The translations under genes and the position numbers were made by a program. A DNA stretch of 64,000 bases. Source: an uncultured Candidatus Saccharibacteria bacterium (GTDB taxonomy: Bacteria > Patescibacteriota > Minisyncoccia > Phycocordibacterales > UBA12088). The DNA lies in NCBI GenBank assembly GCA_964411375.1, contig CAYPKR010000002.1:129960-193959 (forward strand), in the 5' to 3' direction. Below the pieces are notes generated by a model that saw nothing but the letters and a program-made list of their open reading frames with translations, was not told where the DNA came from and did not search any database. Positions 46,756 to 56,557 of this stretch are shown in pieces; position 1 is the stretch's first letter; the number at the start of each line of letters is the position of its first letter.

Positions 46756-47559
46756 ATGACATTTTTAAAAGATAGGCGGTTTGTTCTTGGCGCAGGTCTT
46801 TCGGTCCTGCTCATCTTACTGTTTGTCGCCACGCATCGAGGAAAGGAAATTCCCGATACACTCCAAGCGCTTTCTGCCGAAAAAGGGACATCGACTCCGA
46901 GTTCATTTGATATTGCCGCTCGAACGAGCACCCCGCTCCAAGAAAATACCAACTATTACATCGATTCCGTTGTCGGAAGTGACACGGTAACCCTTCGAAC
47001 CGGTGGATCCGGCACTCTCTTTCGTTTACTTGGTGTGCAATCGCCGGTCCGTGCAGGATTCGGTAATTGTTATGACAAAGACATAGCATCAGGCATTCTG
47101 GAGATGATTAGTAGCGGCACTGTATTTGTCCGCTTTGATCCAGGAGGCGTACTCGCGGACGGCGCAGGAAATCCTGCTGGGTATGTGTATCTTTCGGATG
47201 GAACACTTCTGAATACAGCGATTCTTGAAAAAGGATATGGAAAATTTTTCCCCGGAACGAGCGCAGCATTTGAATCTGAACTTTCGGTTGCCGAACAAAA
47301 TGCGCGCATTTCAGGGCGCGGAATTTGGGCAGGCGCATGTAAGACAACTGCCGCCACAACACCGACTTTAGGAGGAACAAATGCGTCTGACCCTTGGGGA
47401 ATAAATGAAGTTAAGAAAGGTGGCTCACAACCAGCCGCAGGTAGTACGTCAACTACTGGCGGAAGTACAACCGGCACAGGGACTACTGGAGGCTCACAAG
47501 ACACGAGCGGACTCAGTGAATTACCGCCGCCTCCCCCACCCCCCCCGCCGCCGATGTAA
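46756..47559 (+). CDS. Thermonuclease (SNase-like) with Gly/Thr-rich linker and poly-Pro C-terminus
   Basis: LRTGGSGTLFRLLGVQSPV...RGIWAG pattern of staphylococcal nuclease homologs. Ends in ...SELPPPPPPPPPPM. Confidence 0.65.
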   Translation: MTFLKDRRFVLGAGLSVLLILLFVATHRGKEIPDTLQALSAEKGTSTPSSFDIAARTSTPLQENTNYYIDSVVGSDTVTLRTGGSGTLFRLLGVQSPVRAGFGNCYDKDIASGILEMISSGTVFVRFDPGGVLADGAGNPAGYVYLSDGTLLNTAILEKGYGKFFPGTSAAFESELSVAEQNARISGRGIWAGACKTTAATTPTLGGTNASDPWGINEVKKGGSQPAAGSTSTTGGSTTGTGTTGGSQDTSGLSELPPPPPPPPPPM

Positions 47560-47562
47560 AAA

Positions 47563-48330
47563 TTACTTTGCGTCCTTGAGTTGGTATTCGCCGATCTCTT
47601 CACGACGAATCGCAAGCGCGAGCGCCGCGCTTTCTAATATTTTTCCTATTTTTTCTGCAAGCCCGCGCATATATGCGCCGCTTGTTGAACGAACTCGTAG
47701 TGTCAAAACAGGAAACGATGCGTCGTAGAGCGCGCGCGTATGTTCTCTCCATAATTCAAGAATGCGCTCTTGTCTAAAATCTCCTTTCACCAGCGACACA
47801 CTCTGTTCAATTTCTTCAAGCAATTCGGATAGCGGAATCTGCCGAAGTCCAATCACGTTTGCTTCAATGATCGCGTAAGTGTGTTCGGGAATTTCAATAT
47901 CCGCAAGTTTGCCAGCGCGTGCAAAGGTAAATAGCGGTGATCCATTTACGGTCTTCGAAGAATATACGGGGTATGGATCGGTATGAACGCCAAGAATTCC
48001 TTCAACTGCTTGGATCGCGTTTTGGAGTGAAATGGGTTTGATATCGACACGAGTCGGCACTTCCGTAAGTTCTCCAAGTACGTCAAGCGTATCAGTTGCA
48101 AAACCGAAGAGGACATCGAGAATATACGTCTTGTCGAGTTTCAAAAAAATATCTTTTTCGTGAACGGCATTTCCTGCAAGCAAGATGACAAGACCTTCTG
48201 CCATTGGATCGAGGCGTCCGGCATACGTTAAGGGCACCTCGCGGTATGCGGGGTGTCCCGATTTGAAACGCGTTAGGAGTTCTGATAAGGTCTCACCGCG
48301 CGCCTTATGTAGTAGATGAATACCCTTCAT
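47563..48330 (-). CDS. truB: tRNA pseudouridine(55) synthase
   Basis: MKGIHLLHKARGETLSEL start and AGRLDPMAEGLVILLAG (catalytic Asp motif). The 92-codon ORF-track N-terminal extension is Arg/Cys-rich junk. Confidence 0.8.
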   Translation of the reverse strand: MKGIHLLHKARGETLSELLTRFKSGHPAYREVPLTYAGRLDPMAEGLVILLAGNAVHEKDIFLKLDKTYILDVLFGFATDTLDVLGELTEVPTRVDIKPISLQNAIQAVEGILGVHTDPYPVYSSKTVNGSPLFTFARAGKLADIEIPEHTYAIIEANVIGLRQIPLSELLEEIEQSVSLVKGDFRQERILELWREHTRALYDASFPVLTLRVRSTSGAYMRGLAEKIGKILESAALALAIRREEIGEYQLKDAK

Positions 48331-48419
48331 TATTGAATGGCGTATACCTACAGTATACAGGTTCTCCTCTTCTCTCAAAGAGGGTTTCAGAGGATCCTTC
48401 ATTTTGATACAATCGTTAG

Positions 48420-49694
48420 ATGAATGACGGAAATAGACCGAAGATTGATACCGACCCCTACAAAGGGGTTCGTGACTTTTACCCCGAAGACATGTTCGTC
48501 GAGAAATACATTTTCGACACCATGCAGGAAGTCGCGGAGCGATTTGGATACAGCGAATATTCCGCTTCAATCTTGGAACCAACCGAACTCTACGCCGCAA
48601 AATCAAGCGAGGAAATTGTATCGGAGCAAACCTACACTTTTACCGATCGCGGTGATCGCTCGGTAACACTCCGACCCGAAATGACACCGACCGTTGCGCG
48701 CATGGTTGCCGCAAAACGGCGAGATCTCGCATTCCCTCTCCGCTTATTTTCCATTCCCAACGTCTTTAGATATGAACGTCCTCAAAAAGGACGGCTTCGC
48801 GAACACTGGCAACTCAACTGCGACCTTTTTGGCGCCTCCGGCGTTGAAGCTGATGTTGAGATCATTTCAATCGCTCACAACCTGATGCGCACATTCGGCG
48901 CGCTTCCCGAAGACTTTTTGATCCGAATCAACGATCGCCAAATGTTTCGTCAGATAGTTGATGAGATTGGAATCGAAGAAGAATCAATCACGCCGCTTCT
49001 CTCACTTCTCGATAAGCGCGAAAAAATGGATGCGGAAGAATTCATGAGTGCCGGAGCAGCGCTTGTTGGTGCGGATCGATTTAGCGCATTCATTGAACAA
49101 AGTGAAAATATGCAACCAAACGAAGCACTCGCTGAGATTGCCACTATACTTGCAGGTCTTGAAATAACAAACGTCGTATACGATCCGACTTTAATCCGTG
49201 GATTCAGTTATTACACCGGGACTATCTTCGAAGTGTTCGACACCAATCCAGATAATCGCCGCTCCTTATTCGGCGGCGGCAGATATGACAACCTTATGGA
49301 AATTTTTGGAGTGGAAAAGATTCCGGCAGTTGGATTTGGTATGGGAGATGTGACGATTCGTGACTTTCTGGAATCAAGAAATTTACTTCCCCCGTATCAA
49401 TCAGTTGCTGATCTTGCACTTCTCATTCTTGAGCGCGAATCTCTTCCCTACGCACTTGAACTCGCGCAAAATCTTCGTGACCAAGGACTCCATGTGTCAG
49501 TTGATTTTACATTCCGCAAAGCGGGTGATCAGATTAAAGGAGCGGCAAAATCGCACATTCCGTTCGTGTCAGTGATTGGAGAAGTAGAGCGCCAAAGCCG
49601 AACACTTCGCGTCAAAAATCTCGAGTCAGGCGAGGAAGTCGAAGTTCCTGAAGGAGCGATTGTTGAGTACATTCTTGCACAAGGCACCAGATAA
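48420..49694 (+). CDS. hisS: Histidyl-tRNA synthetase
   Basis: Class II aaRS motifs and HisRS signatures (RPEMTPTVARM, FRYERPQKGR), with a C-terminal anticodon-binding domain. Confidence 0.9.
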   Translation: MNDGNRPKIDTDPYKGVRDFYPEDMFVEKYIFDTMQEVAERFGYSEYSASILEPTELYAAKSSEEIVSEQTYTFTDRGDRSVTLRPEMTPTVARMVAAKRRDLAFPLRLFSIPNVFRYERPQKGRLREHWQLNCDLFGASGVEADVEIISIAHNLMRTFGALPEDFLIRINDRQMFRQIVDEIGIEEESITPLLSLLDKREKMDAEEFMSAGAALVGADRFSAFIEQSENMQPNEALAEIATILAGLEITNVVYDPTLIRGFSYYTGTIFEVFDTNPDNRRSLFGGGRYDNLMEIFGVEKIPAVGFGMGDVTIRDFLESRNLLPPYQSVADLALLILERESLPYALELAQNLRDQGLHVSVDFTFRKAGDQIKGAAKSHIPFVSVIGEVERQSRTLRVKNLESGEEVEVPEGAIVEYILAQGTR

Positions 49695-49697
49695 CAT

Positions 49698-50273
49698 ATG
49701 CGCAAAATTGTATTCGACATTGAAACGAAAAATTTATTTGCTGACGTCGGTAAAGCCGATCCAGCACTTCTTGATATTGCAATCGTCTGCGTTTGGGATT
49801 CAGAAACTGATTCGTATTCAAGCTATCTCGAAGAAGAGTTGCCGAAGCTCTGGCCACTCATTGAAGGCGCTGATATGCTGATCGGCTACAATTCCGACCA
49901 TTTTGATATTCCCCTTCTCAATAAATATTATCCAGGTGACCTTACTAAAATAAAAAGCCTCGATATTTTGAAGGAAATTAAAAATTCGCTGGGAAGGCGT
50001 CTCAGGCTCGATTCGATCGCCGAAGCAACACTTGGCGAAGGAAAAACCGCTGATGGACTCCAGGGAGTGCAATGGTGGCGTGAAGGCAAGATCGATAAGG
50101 TTCGAGAATACTGTTTGCACGACGTGAAAATCACCAAAGAAGTGTACGAATTTGCTCGGAAACACAACAAGCTCTATTTCAAAGAGTTAAATAACAAGCG
50201 GGAAATCCCGCTCGATACGAGCAAATGGGAAGAAGAGGGCGACAGTGCAATGACGTTTACGCTTCCATTCTAG
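49698..50273 (+). CDS. DEDD-family 3'-5' exonuclease (RNase H-like fold)
   Basis: VFDIETKN (exo I), YNSDHFDIPLL (exo II) and HDV (exo III) motifs. Confidence 0.65.
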   Translation: MRKIVFDIETKNLFADVGKADPALLDIAIVCVWDSETDSYSSYLEEELPKLWPLIEGADMLIGYNSDHFDIPLLNKYYPGDLTKIKSLDILKEIKNSLGRRLRLDSIAEATLGEGKTADGLQGVQWWREGKIDKVREYCLHDVKITKEVYEFARKHNKLYFKELNNKREIPLDTSKWEEEGDSAMTFTLPF

Positions 50274-50545
50274 GTCTTACTAAAGATCGATATCTTGAAT
50301 GCATTTCCAAAAATTGCAGCACACATTACTGAAGTGCATGAATTTAGGTAGGTCTCAAAACTCCCAAGGTTCCCCGAGAATAAATGAACTATGCCAAGGA
50401 CTATATATCCAATGAGAATTGCGTAACCGGCGATGGGGAAAATATATCGTAGTGTGCGGGATATGGAATCCCGTAGAGGATCTTTTGTAATTTTTTCCTT
50501 TTTAATTGATCTCAATTTCCCCATTGATTCAAAAATCGTAGATTA

Positions 50546-51277
50546 TTATCGAACATCAAATTCCACCTGCTCCAGAAGGGCAACAAGCTCGTGTATTTTG
50601 ACCTTAACCTCTTTCGATAGAGATGATTTTGATGCAATTACAAGCCTCCAATCTTCCCCTCCTCCAACATACCTTTCTGTAATTTCTTCTTTTTCGGCTA
50701 ATTTTGGTTTTATGATTCCTGTCTTTTGCTCCCCAGTTTGACCTCCACCTGCGCCTGAAATTCCAATGGAAGTATCATTTGCATTTTTGAGTAAGACGCC
50801 ATTTTTTAACAGACCCCCGTATTCAGCAGATGCTTTAAAAATTCTTACAACATCTTTCGCAACATTCTCATTCACTCCTCGTCTCGATAAAATTCTGTCC
50901 ATCTGTTGAGGGATTTCTTGTCCCCCGAATTCATCCAGTAAGCTCGCAAACAATTTTGGTGATCTCAGTGCCTCTTCTAAAGCTTTTGCTTCTTCTTCCG
51001 TCCCTATAGGATTTCGAATTTTTGCAGATAAGGCGGTCTGGTTATATTTGTCGCCTACTCTCTCTAAGAGTCCATAGTGCACTAAAGCAGCAACTGCTCT
51101 TGCGGCTGTACCAGAAAGAGCGCTGTAACCCATTCCGCGAGCTGCATCTTCCCTAAGATATGGTCCTTTTGAGGCATTTTTAATTAACGCATTGTTCTTA
51201 TTGATCGCCTCTTCTAGGGTCAAGGACGGATAAGAGATGCTTCTCTCCTTGAAGGAGTTTGTTTTTTGGTTTTCCAT
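50546..51277 (-). CDS. Hypothetical protein
   Basis: 243 aa. Possible N-terminal winged-helix-like segment and a Gly-rich middle region. No confident motif. Confidence 0.45.
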   Translation of the reverse strand: MENQKTNSFKERSISYPSLTLEEAINKNNALIKNASKGPYLREDAARGMGYSALSGTAARAVAALVHYGLLERVGDKYNQTALSAKIRNPIGTEEEAKALEEALRSPKLFASLLDEFGGQEIPQQMDRILSRRGVNENVAKDVVRIFKASAEYGGLLKNGVLLKNANDTSIGISGAGGGQTGEQKTGIIKPKLAEKEEITERYVGGGEDWRLVIASKSSLSKEVKVKIHELVALLEQVEFDVR

Positions 51278-51378
51278 ATAACCATATAATAATGGTTATA
51301 GTAGTCTATCGTCAAGTCAAAATCAATTTATTAGCGAAATTATGATATTTACAGGCTGTTGCTAGGACTCTAAATTCT

Positions 51379-52188
51379 CTAAAAAAGGGTTACGAACAGT
51401 ATTAGAGACGCCAAAATAATTCGATATACAATAAACACACCGAGAGAATGCGACTTCAAATATTTGAGCAAATAGTGGATCGACGCAAGTCCGAAGGCAA
51501 AGGAAGCAAGCCCGCCAAGGAGAATTGAAAGACCAAACGAATGCACGTCGCCGGATTTAATGAGTTCATAGAATTTGAGCAAGCCGCTCGCGAAGATGAT
51601 CGGAAATGAAAGAAGGAATCCGAAGCGGGCGGCTTCTTCGCGCGAAAGTCCCAAGATAAGTCCGCCGGAAATAGTTGCGCCGCTCCTTGAAATTCCCGGG
51701 ACAAGCGCGAGACATTGATAGAATCCGATCTGAATACCGCGCCATACCGATAATGGTCTTTTTACTTGTCGGCGTCTTCCCTGCCACTCGGCAAAAAGCA
51801 TGAGGATTGATCCGGCGATCAGCATCCACGCAACTACGGTGACACTTCGGAAAACGGTCTCCATTTTTTTCTCAAGCAATAATCCAAAAATTCCTGCAGG
51901 AATGGATCCAAGAATGAGTGCCAAGATTAACACCTTTTGTCTTGCTTCAACTCCCTTTCCGAGTATCCAGAGAACTGTGTCTCGAATGAGCGCCCAAAAA
52001 TCATCTCGAAAGTAAATAAACAGTGCCAAGGTGGCTGCGAGCTGGAGTACTGCATCAACCGCAAGTCCATCCGCGATTTGAATTCCAAGAAGTGAACGGG
52101 CGATTATAAGATGCCCGGAAGAAGAAATGGGGACGAATTCGGTTAGCCCTTCGACTATTCCGAGCACTATGAGGTGAATTGCGTCCAT
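51379..52188 (-). CDS. uppP: Undecaprenyl-diphosphatase
   Basis: SSSGHLII and PGISRSGATISGG motifs of the BacA/UppP family. Confidence 0.9.
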   Translation of the reverse strand: MDAIHLIVLGIVEGLTEFVPISSSGHLIIARSLLGIQIADGLAVDAVLQLAATLALFIYFRDDFWALIRDTVLWILGKGVEARQKVLILALILGSIPAGIFGLLLEKKMETVFRSVTVVAWMLIAGSILMLFAEWQGRRRQVKRPLSVWRGIQIGFYQCLALVPGISRSGATISGGLILGLSREEAARFGFLLSFPIIFASGLLKFYELIKSGDVHSFGLSILLGGLASFAFGLASIHYLLKYLKSHSLGVFIVYRIILASLILFVTLF

Positions 52189-52300
52189 ATCGTATCTCTA
52201 TGGTACACTAGGCTCATAAAATTCATCAAATCATCTAGACATGGACGAACAACGACATTCGCACCCTGAAATTCAAATGGAACCTGCGCGCCGAAGAGGG

Positions 52301-53014
52301 ATGCAAAAAAATATGTTGATACCATTTGCGATCGTAATCGCCGGTGCGCTTATTGCTGGCTCGCTTCTCTATGTCAATCGCGCGACGATTTCTGCAGCAA
52401 ATCAAAAAAATAATCCGAAAGGTACCGATACGAAGGCAATAAGTGCAGATATTCGCCCAATCGATTCAACTGATCATATTCTTGGCAAACCTGATGCGCC
52501 GATTGTGATTGTTGAATATTCAGATCTTGAATGCCCATATTGCAAAGAATTCCATCAAACACTTCGCCAGATCATGGATGACTACGGTTCCAAAGGACAG
52601 GTTGCGTGGGTGTACCGTCACTTCCCGATTGTGCAACTTCATTCGAAAGCGGAAAATGAAGCGATTGCAGCGGAGTGTACAGCATCTCTCGGTGGAAATG
52701 ACGCATTCTGGAAATTCATTAATAAAGTATTTGAAATAACACCGGCAAACAACGGTCTCGATCCGGCAGAACTTCCAGTGATTGCGAAACAAATTGGACT
52801 CGATACAACCGCCTTCAACTCATGCCTCAGTGCAAAAAAATATAAGGATCGCATAACGGCAGACTTTAATGACGCAGTAAAAAATGGCGGCGAAGGAACT
52901 CCATTTAGCGTAATTATTGCAGCTGGACAAAAGACACCCGTTTCAGGCGCATACCCATATCCTGCAATGAAGTCGATCATCGATACGGTACTTGCGAAGG
53001 TTGGCTCGAACTAA
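52301..53014 (+). CDS. DsbA-family thiol:disulfide oxidoreductase (membrane-anchored)
   Basis: CPYC active site (ECPYCKEF) in a thioredoxin fold, with an N-terminal TM anchor. Start trimmed to MQKNMLIPFAIV with a GAAGAGGG SD. Confidence 0.8.
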   Translation: MQKNMLIPFAIVIAGALIAGSLLYVNRATISAANQKNNPKGTDTKAISADIRPIDSTDHILGKPDAPIVIVEYSDLECPYCKEFHQTLRQIMDDYGSKGQVAWVYRHFPIVQLHSKAENEAIAAECTASLGGNDAFWKFINKVFEITPANNGLDPAELPVIAKQIGLDTTAFNSCLSAKKYKDRITADFNDAVKNGGEGTPFSVIIAAGQKTPVSGAYPYPAMKSIIDTVLAKVGSN

Positions 53015-53038
53015 AGAGTTAGGTTGGATTGTATGAGA

Positions 53039-53078
53039 AAGCCCCGGAATTGGCTTCGCCAATTCCGGGGCTGACTCT
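53039..53078. terminator. Bidirectional intrinsic terminator between convergent dsbA-like and helicase genes
   Basis: agccccggaattggcttcgccaattccggggct followed by ttttttattt. Confidence 0.75.
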
Positions 53079-53081
53079 TTT

Positions 53082-56063
53082 TTATTTCCGATTTTTAACC
53101 GCCGCGACCAAATCTTTGTATGGATTGTCCGGAAGCGGTTCGGCGTTCCAAAATGCGAGTGCAAGAATTTCTTTTGAAACGCGCGCGATTGTTTCTTTAA
53201 GTTCCTCGGTCTCCGAATCGACAATTACGAAGATCTCGCGATGATGCCCTCCTTTCTGATCTGGTTCGACAAATTCAAGTACCGCATCTTTCAAAGATTT
53301 CCCTTCAAGTGATAAGAGAAGTTGATAAAAGACGAGCTGCCGTTTGTACGATCCGTCCGATGATTTTGTTTTTCCTTCGATTTCATTTCGAGTACGCGGT
53401 TTCCCTGTTTTGTAATCAATCACCCGAAGATTTCTATCATCTCCTTCAAGACGGTCAACTTTTCCGGAGAGTGGAAGAAGATTACCGCCAATATCAAGTG
53501 AACCCTTGAGCGGATATTCTCCTCGAAGCGTTTCCAAATTGATTGAGGTAAATTCTTCTTTCATGTGATCGAAGTAACCCGAGAGTGATTCGACGCCCCG
53601 CCTCTTCGCTTCATCTTTGTCGCGAGGCATGAAGGGTTCGCGTTCAATCGCAAAATCAAAATACGCAAGCAGGTCTTTTTTACCAAGAAACTTCCCTGCC
53701 TTTTTACTTTCCATGAAGAATTGTTCGAGCGCCGCATGTACTGCTGTACCAAAAAGTTGATGGGGTTGGGGTGAGGCGGGAATGCGGAGGAGGTTTTGGA
53801 AAAAGTATTCCCATGGATCTTTGAGGTAGGTATTCAGAGCCGTCGGCGTCAAACCTTGCTCCAGAAAGAGCGTGCGGAGATACTCAACAATTTCGGTAAC
53901 CGGAATTCCTCTTTTTCCTTCGGTAACAAGTAATTGCTGACCAACGTCTGGAGAAATCTCGATTTCTGAAGCTCCGCTCTTTCCCATTTCAGTCAAAAAT
54001 ATCGTTGGCAAGATCTCTCGACCCGATTCTGATGTACGCGCAAACGAAATAGTAAGTTTCTGCCTTGCACGCGAAAGTGCGACATAAAAAAGTCGTCGCT
54101 CATCTTGGATCGATTCATTTTCTCCTAGAGTAAGTCCCGAAATTTCAAAGATTCCTGAAAAATTACTTCGCTCTCGCATTCCTTCCCAATTATTTTCAGT
54201 TGCGCCCACAAGATACACCGAATTCCATTCAAGGCCTTTTGCGCCATGCGCAGTCATAATACGAACCTTTCCCTTTGGAAGGAGTTTAGCGGCGGTGCCC
54301 TTTAAGCGATATTCGCGAATGATTTCAAGTCGTTCAAGGAGAAAAGCGTATCCCGCGTCAGGAAAATCACGCGAGAGCGATGCCGCATATTCAAAAAAGG
54401 TTCGGAAGAGTTCGAGTTTTTCGACTGAATCAATCGAGGCAATCACTGCGGTTAAAAAGCCCGATTCATGTGCTACACGTTCAACCGCAAGAATAAGTCC
54501 AAGTGTCCGCTCTCCTGCTTTCCACTTTTTGATTTGTATCCCAAGCGCGTGGAGTTTTTCCGCATTTTGAATACCTGCAGACTCAAGCGACTGCCTTGAA
54601 TCAAGAAGATCGTAGAGCGGTATTCGCTTTCTTCTGCTTGCCGCAAAGAGTTTATAGAGATCAAGTTCGTCGATTCCAAGAAATGGAGACGGAAGCGCCT
54701 CAGCAAGATAGCCATCTTCACCATATGCAGCGAGCATCTTCAAAAGTCTTAAAAAATCGCGAATGAGTGGATCGTCAAAAAAACTTGCACCCGACACAAT
54801 TTGAAACGGCACATTTTTCTTGGCAAGCGTCATTCCGAGCGAGCGAGCATCACGATTTTTGCGAACCAACATTACAATTTCTTCGGGTGGTTGGCCTTTA
54901 GTAATTTCTTCCTGAATGCGCTCTGCGACTCCGCCATATTCAGACAAGATATCGGGTGCCCGAAGAACGGTGATTTCACCTTTTTTCTTTTCACGCGCCG
55001 ATCGAAGCACTCCTTCCCCTTCGCCCACCTGATCTCCAACCGAAAGCGGGGCAATCGCATTCAAGATTTCTTGTGCAGAACGATAATTATCTCGAAGTGT
55101 AATTACTTCCGCGTTTGGATATTCTGCTTTGAACGACAAAAAGTTTGCAACCGACGCACCCTGGAATCGGTAAATTGCTTGATCCGGGTCTCCCACGACA
55201 AAAATATTGGGATTATCGTGATATGAGGCAAGGAGATTTAAGAGTCGATTTTGAGAATTGTTTGCGTCCTGATGCTCGTCAGCAAGCAAGTATTGATATT
55301 TTTCCTGAAGGGTCAAAAGAAAATCAGAATCGCGCTCGAGCGCTTTAATCGCCTCAATAATCATGTCTTCAAAATCGTAGAGTCTGCGGGTGCTTCGGAG
55401 TTCCTCATATTTTTCATAGACATCCGAAAACTCGACATGCTTCTCATATTTTTTGATGAGATCAAGATATGCGCCTTTCATTTTTCCTTTGTGTGCACCT
55501 TTTGTATGAATTGCGTCTGGATCTTCTTTTGTTTCTTTGAGCTTCGATTTCGCCCATTTGCGAAGCGCATCAGGCGTCACATATTCGCGCTTGGCGTCGG
55601 CGATACCCGAAGAAATTGTCGAAAGATGATACAGGGGATCGCCGAGTGGCCGAAGGAGCTTTGCATCCGTTGCTTCAAGTGCTTCTTGAATAAGAAGGAG
55701 CCTCGTTGCATCATCCATTTGTTTTGCACCGATAATTTCGGGAAATGCTTCTGGGTAGCGCTCGATAATGTATCCGCAAAATCCATGGAATGTATAAATT
55801 CCAATCTGGCTCGCTTCCGCTCCCATGAGCATCGAGAGTCGTGCACGCATTGAAGTCACACCTGACTCCGTGAAGGTCAGCGCCAGAATAGAGTCGGGTG
55901 CCGTATCGGTTTTTTTTAGAATATTCGCTATTCGGAGGGCAAGCATTTGGGTCTTTCCGGTGCCAGGTCCCGCAACAACCATGACGGGGCCTTCAACCAA
56001 ATCAACCGCCCGCTTCTGTTCGGAATTGAGGGAATTATAGGCGGCTTGAAAAGCATCGTTCAT
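53082..56063 (-). CDS. UvrD/PcrA-type SF1 helicase fused to a C-terminal RecB-family PD-(D/E)xK nuclease (AddA-like)
   Basis: Walker A VVAGPGTGKTQML. Helicase motifs I-VI. C-terminal GKVDRLEGDDRNLRVIDYKTGK nuclease motif. Confidence 0.85.
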   Translation of the reverse strand: MNDAFQAAYNSLNSEQKRAVDLVEGPVMVVAGPGTGKTQMLALRIANILKKTDTAPDSILALTFTESGVTSMRARLSMLMGAEASQIGIYTFHGFCGYIIERYPEAFPEIIGAKQMDDATRLLLIQEALEATDAKLLRPLGDPLYHLSTISSGIADAKREYVTPDALRKWAKSKLKETKEDPDAIHTKGAHKGKMKGAYLDLIKKYEKHVEFSDVYEKYEELRSTRRLYDFEDMIIEAIKALERDSDFLLTLQEKYQYLLADEHQDANNSQNRLLNLLASYHDNPNIFVVGDPDQAIYRFQGASVANFLSFKAEYPNAEVITLRDNYRSAQEILNAIAPLSVGDQVGEGEGVLRSAREKKKGEITVLRAPDILSEYGGVAERIQEEITKGQPPEEIVMLVRKNRDARSLGMTLAKKNVPFQIVSGASFFDDPLIRDFLRLLKMLAAYGEDGYLAEALPSPFLGIDELDLYKLFAASRRKRIPLYDLLDSRQSLESAGIQNAEKLHALGIQIKKWKAGERTLGLILAVERVAHESGFLTAVIASIDSVEKLELFRTFFEYAASLSRDFPDAGYAFLLERLEIIREYRLKGTAAKLLPKGKVRIMTAHGAKGLEWNSVYLVGATENNWEGMRERSNFSGIFEISGLTLGENESIQDERRLFYVALSRARQKLTISFARTSESGREILPTIFLTEMGKSGASEIEISPDVGQQLLVTEGKRGIPVTEIVEYLRTLFLEQGLTPTALNTYLKDPWEYFFQNLLRIPASPQPHQLFGTAVHAALEQFFMESKKAGKFLGKKDLLAYFDFAIEREPFMPRDKDEAKRRGVESLSGYFDHMKEEFTSINLETLRGEYPLKGSLDIGGNLLPLSGKVDRLEGDDRNLRVIDYKTGKPRTRNEIEGKTKSSDGSYKRQLVFYQLLLSLEGKSLKDAVLEFVEPDQKGGHHREIFVIVDSETEELKETIARVSKEILALAFWNAEPLPDNPYKDLVAAVKNRK

Positions 56064-56077
56064 CCGTCAATTATACT

Positions 56078-56114
56078 AAAAAAGCAAAAGGCCGCTTTCC
56101 GCGGTCTTTTGCTT
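56078..56114 (-). terminator. Intrinsic terminator (13-bp stem)
   Basis: agcaaaaggccgctttccgcggtcttttgct with a T-tract on the minus strand. Confidence 0.6.
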
Positions 56115-56128
56115 TGAAATGTGGTGAG

Positions 56129-56548
56129 TTAGACAGCTCGCTTTTCGATTTCAGACGCTACCCACTTCCCTTCAGTATTTTTAGAGACCCAAATACCGAG
56201 GAGTGTAGTGCCTTGAGGAAGTTCCCATTTCGAGACCATTTCAACGTCTTCCTTGATTTCCTTTGCGTGTTCTTCAGGAGGTACTGGATTTCCTGCGCAA
56301 TCTTCATGGCCCGCAACTGCAACAATACGTGAACCGTGATGACCAACCGAGATTGCAACCACGCGGCGCTTGAATTCGTCGAGTGTTGATTCATCACACG
56401 TACCGCAGATCAAATCCATACCAGGCGCCGTGATCATGTCCGGATAATCTACCTGATATTCATTTTTCAAAAATTCGGTAATTGCAACAACCGATCTGCC
56501 ATCCATACAGCCAAGTACGGTTGCGAATTTTGCAGGTGATTCAGACAT
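56129..56548 (-). CDS. Small beta-carbonic-anhydrase-like protein (C.D.R / H..C motifs)
   Basis: 139 aa. LGCMDGRSV and AGHEDCAGN resemble the two zinc-ligand motifs of beta-CAs, but the protein is shorter than canonical beta-CA. Confidence 0.35.
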   Translation of the reverse strand: MSESPAKFATVLGCMDGRSVVAITEFLKNEYQVDYPDMITAPGMDLICGTCDESTLDEFKRRVVAISVGHHGSRIVAVAGHEDCAGNPVPPEEHAKEIKEDVEMVSKWELPQGTTLLGIWVSKNTEGKWVASEIEKRAV

Positions 56549-56557
56549 ACTCGTCGA

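Noticed and set aside
48331-48606. 92-codon N-terminal extension of truB in the ORF track
   Set aside because: The extension is Arg/Cys-rich with no hydrophobic periodicity. The conserved TruB N-terminus MKGIHLL begins at 48330.
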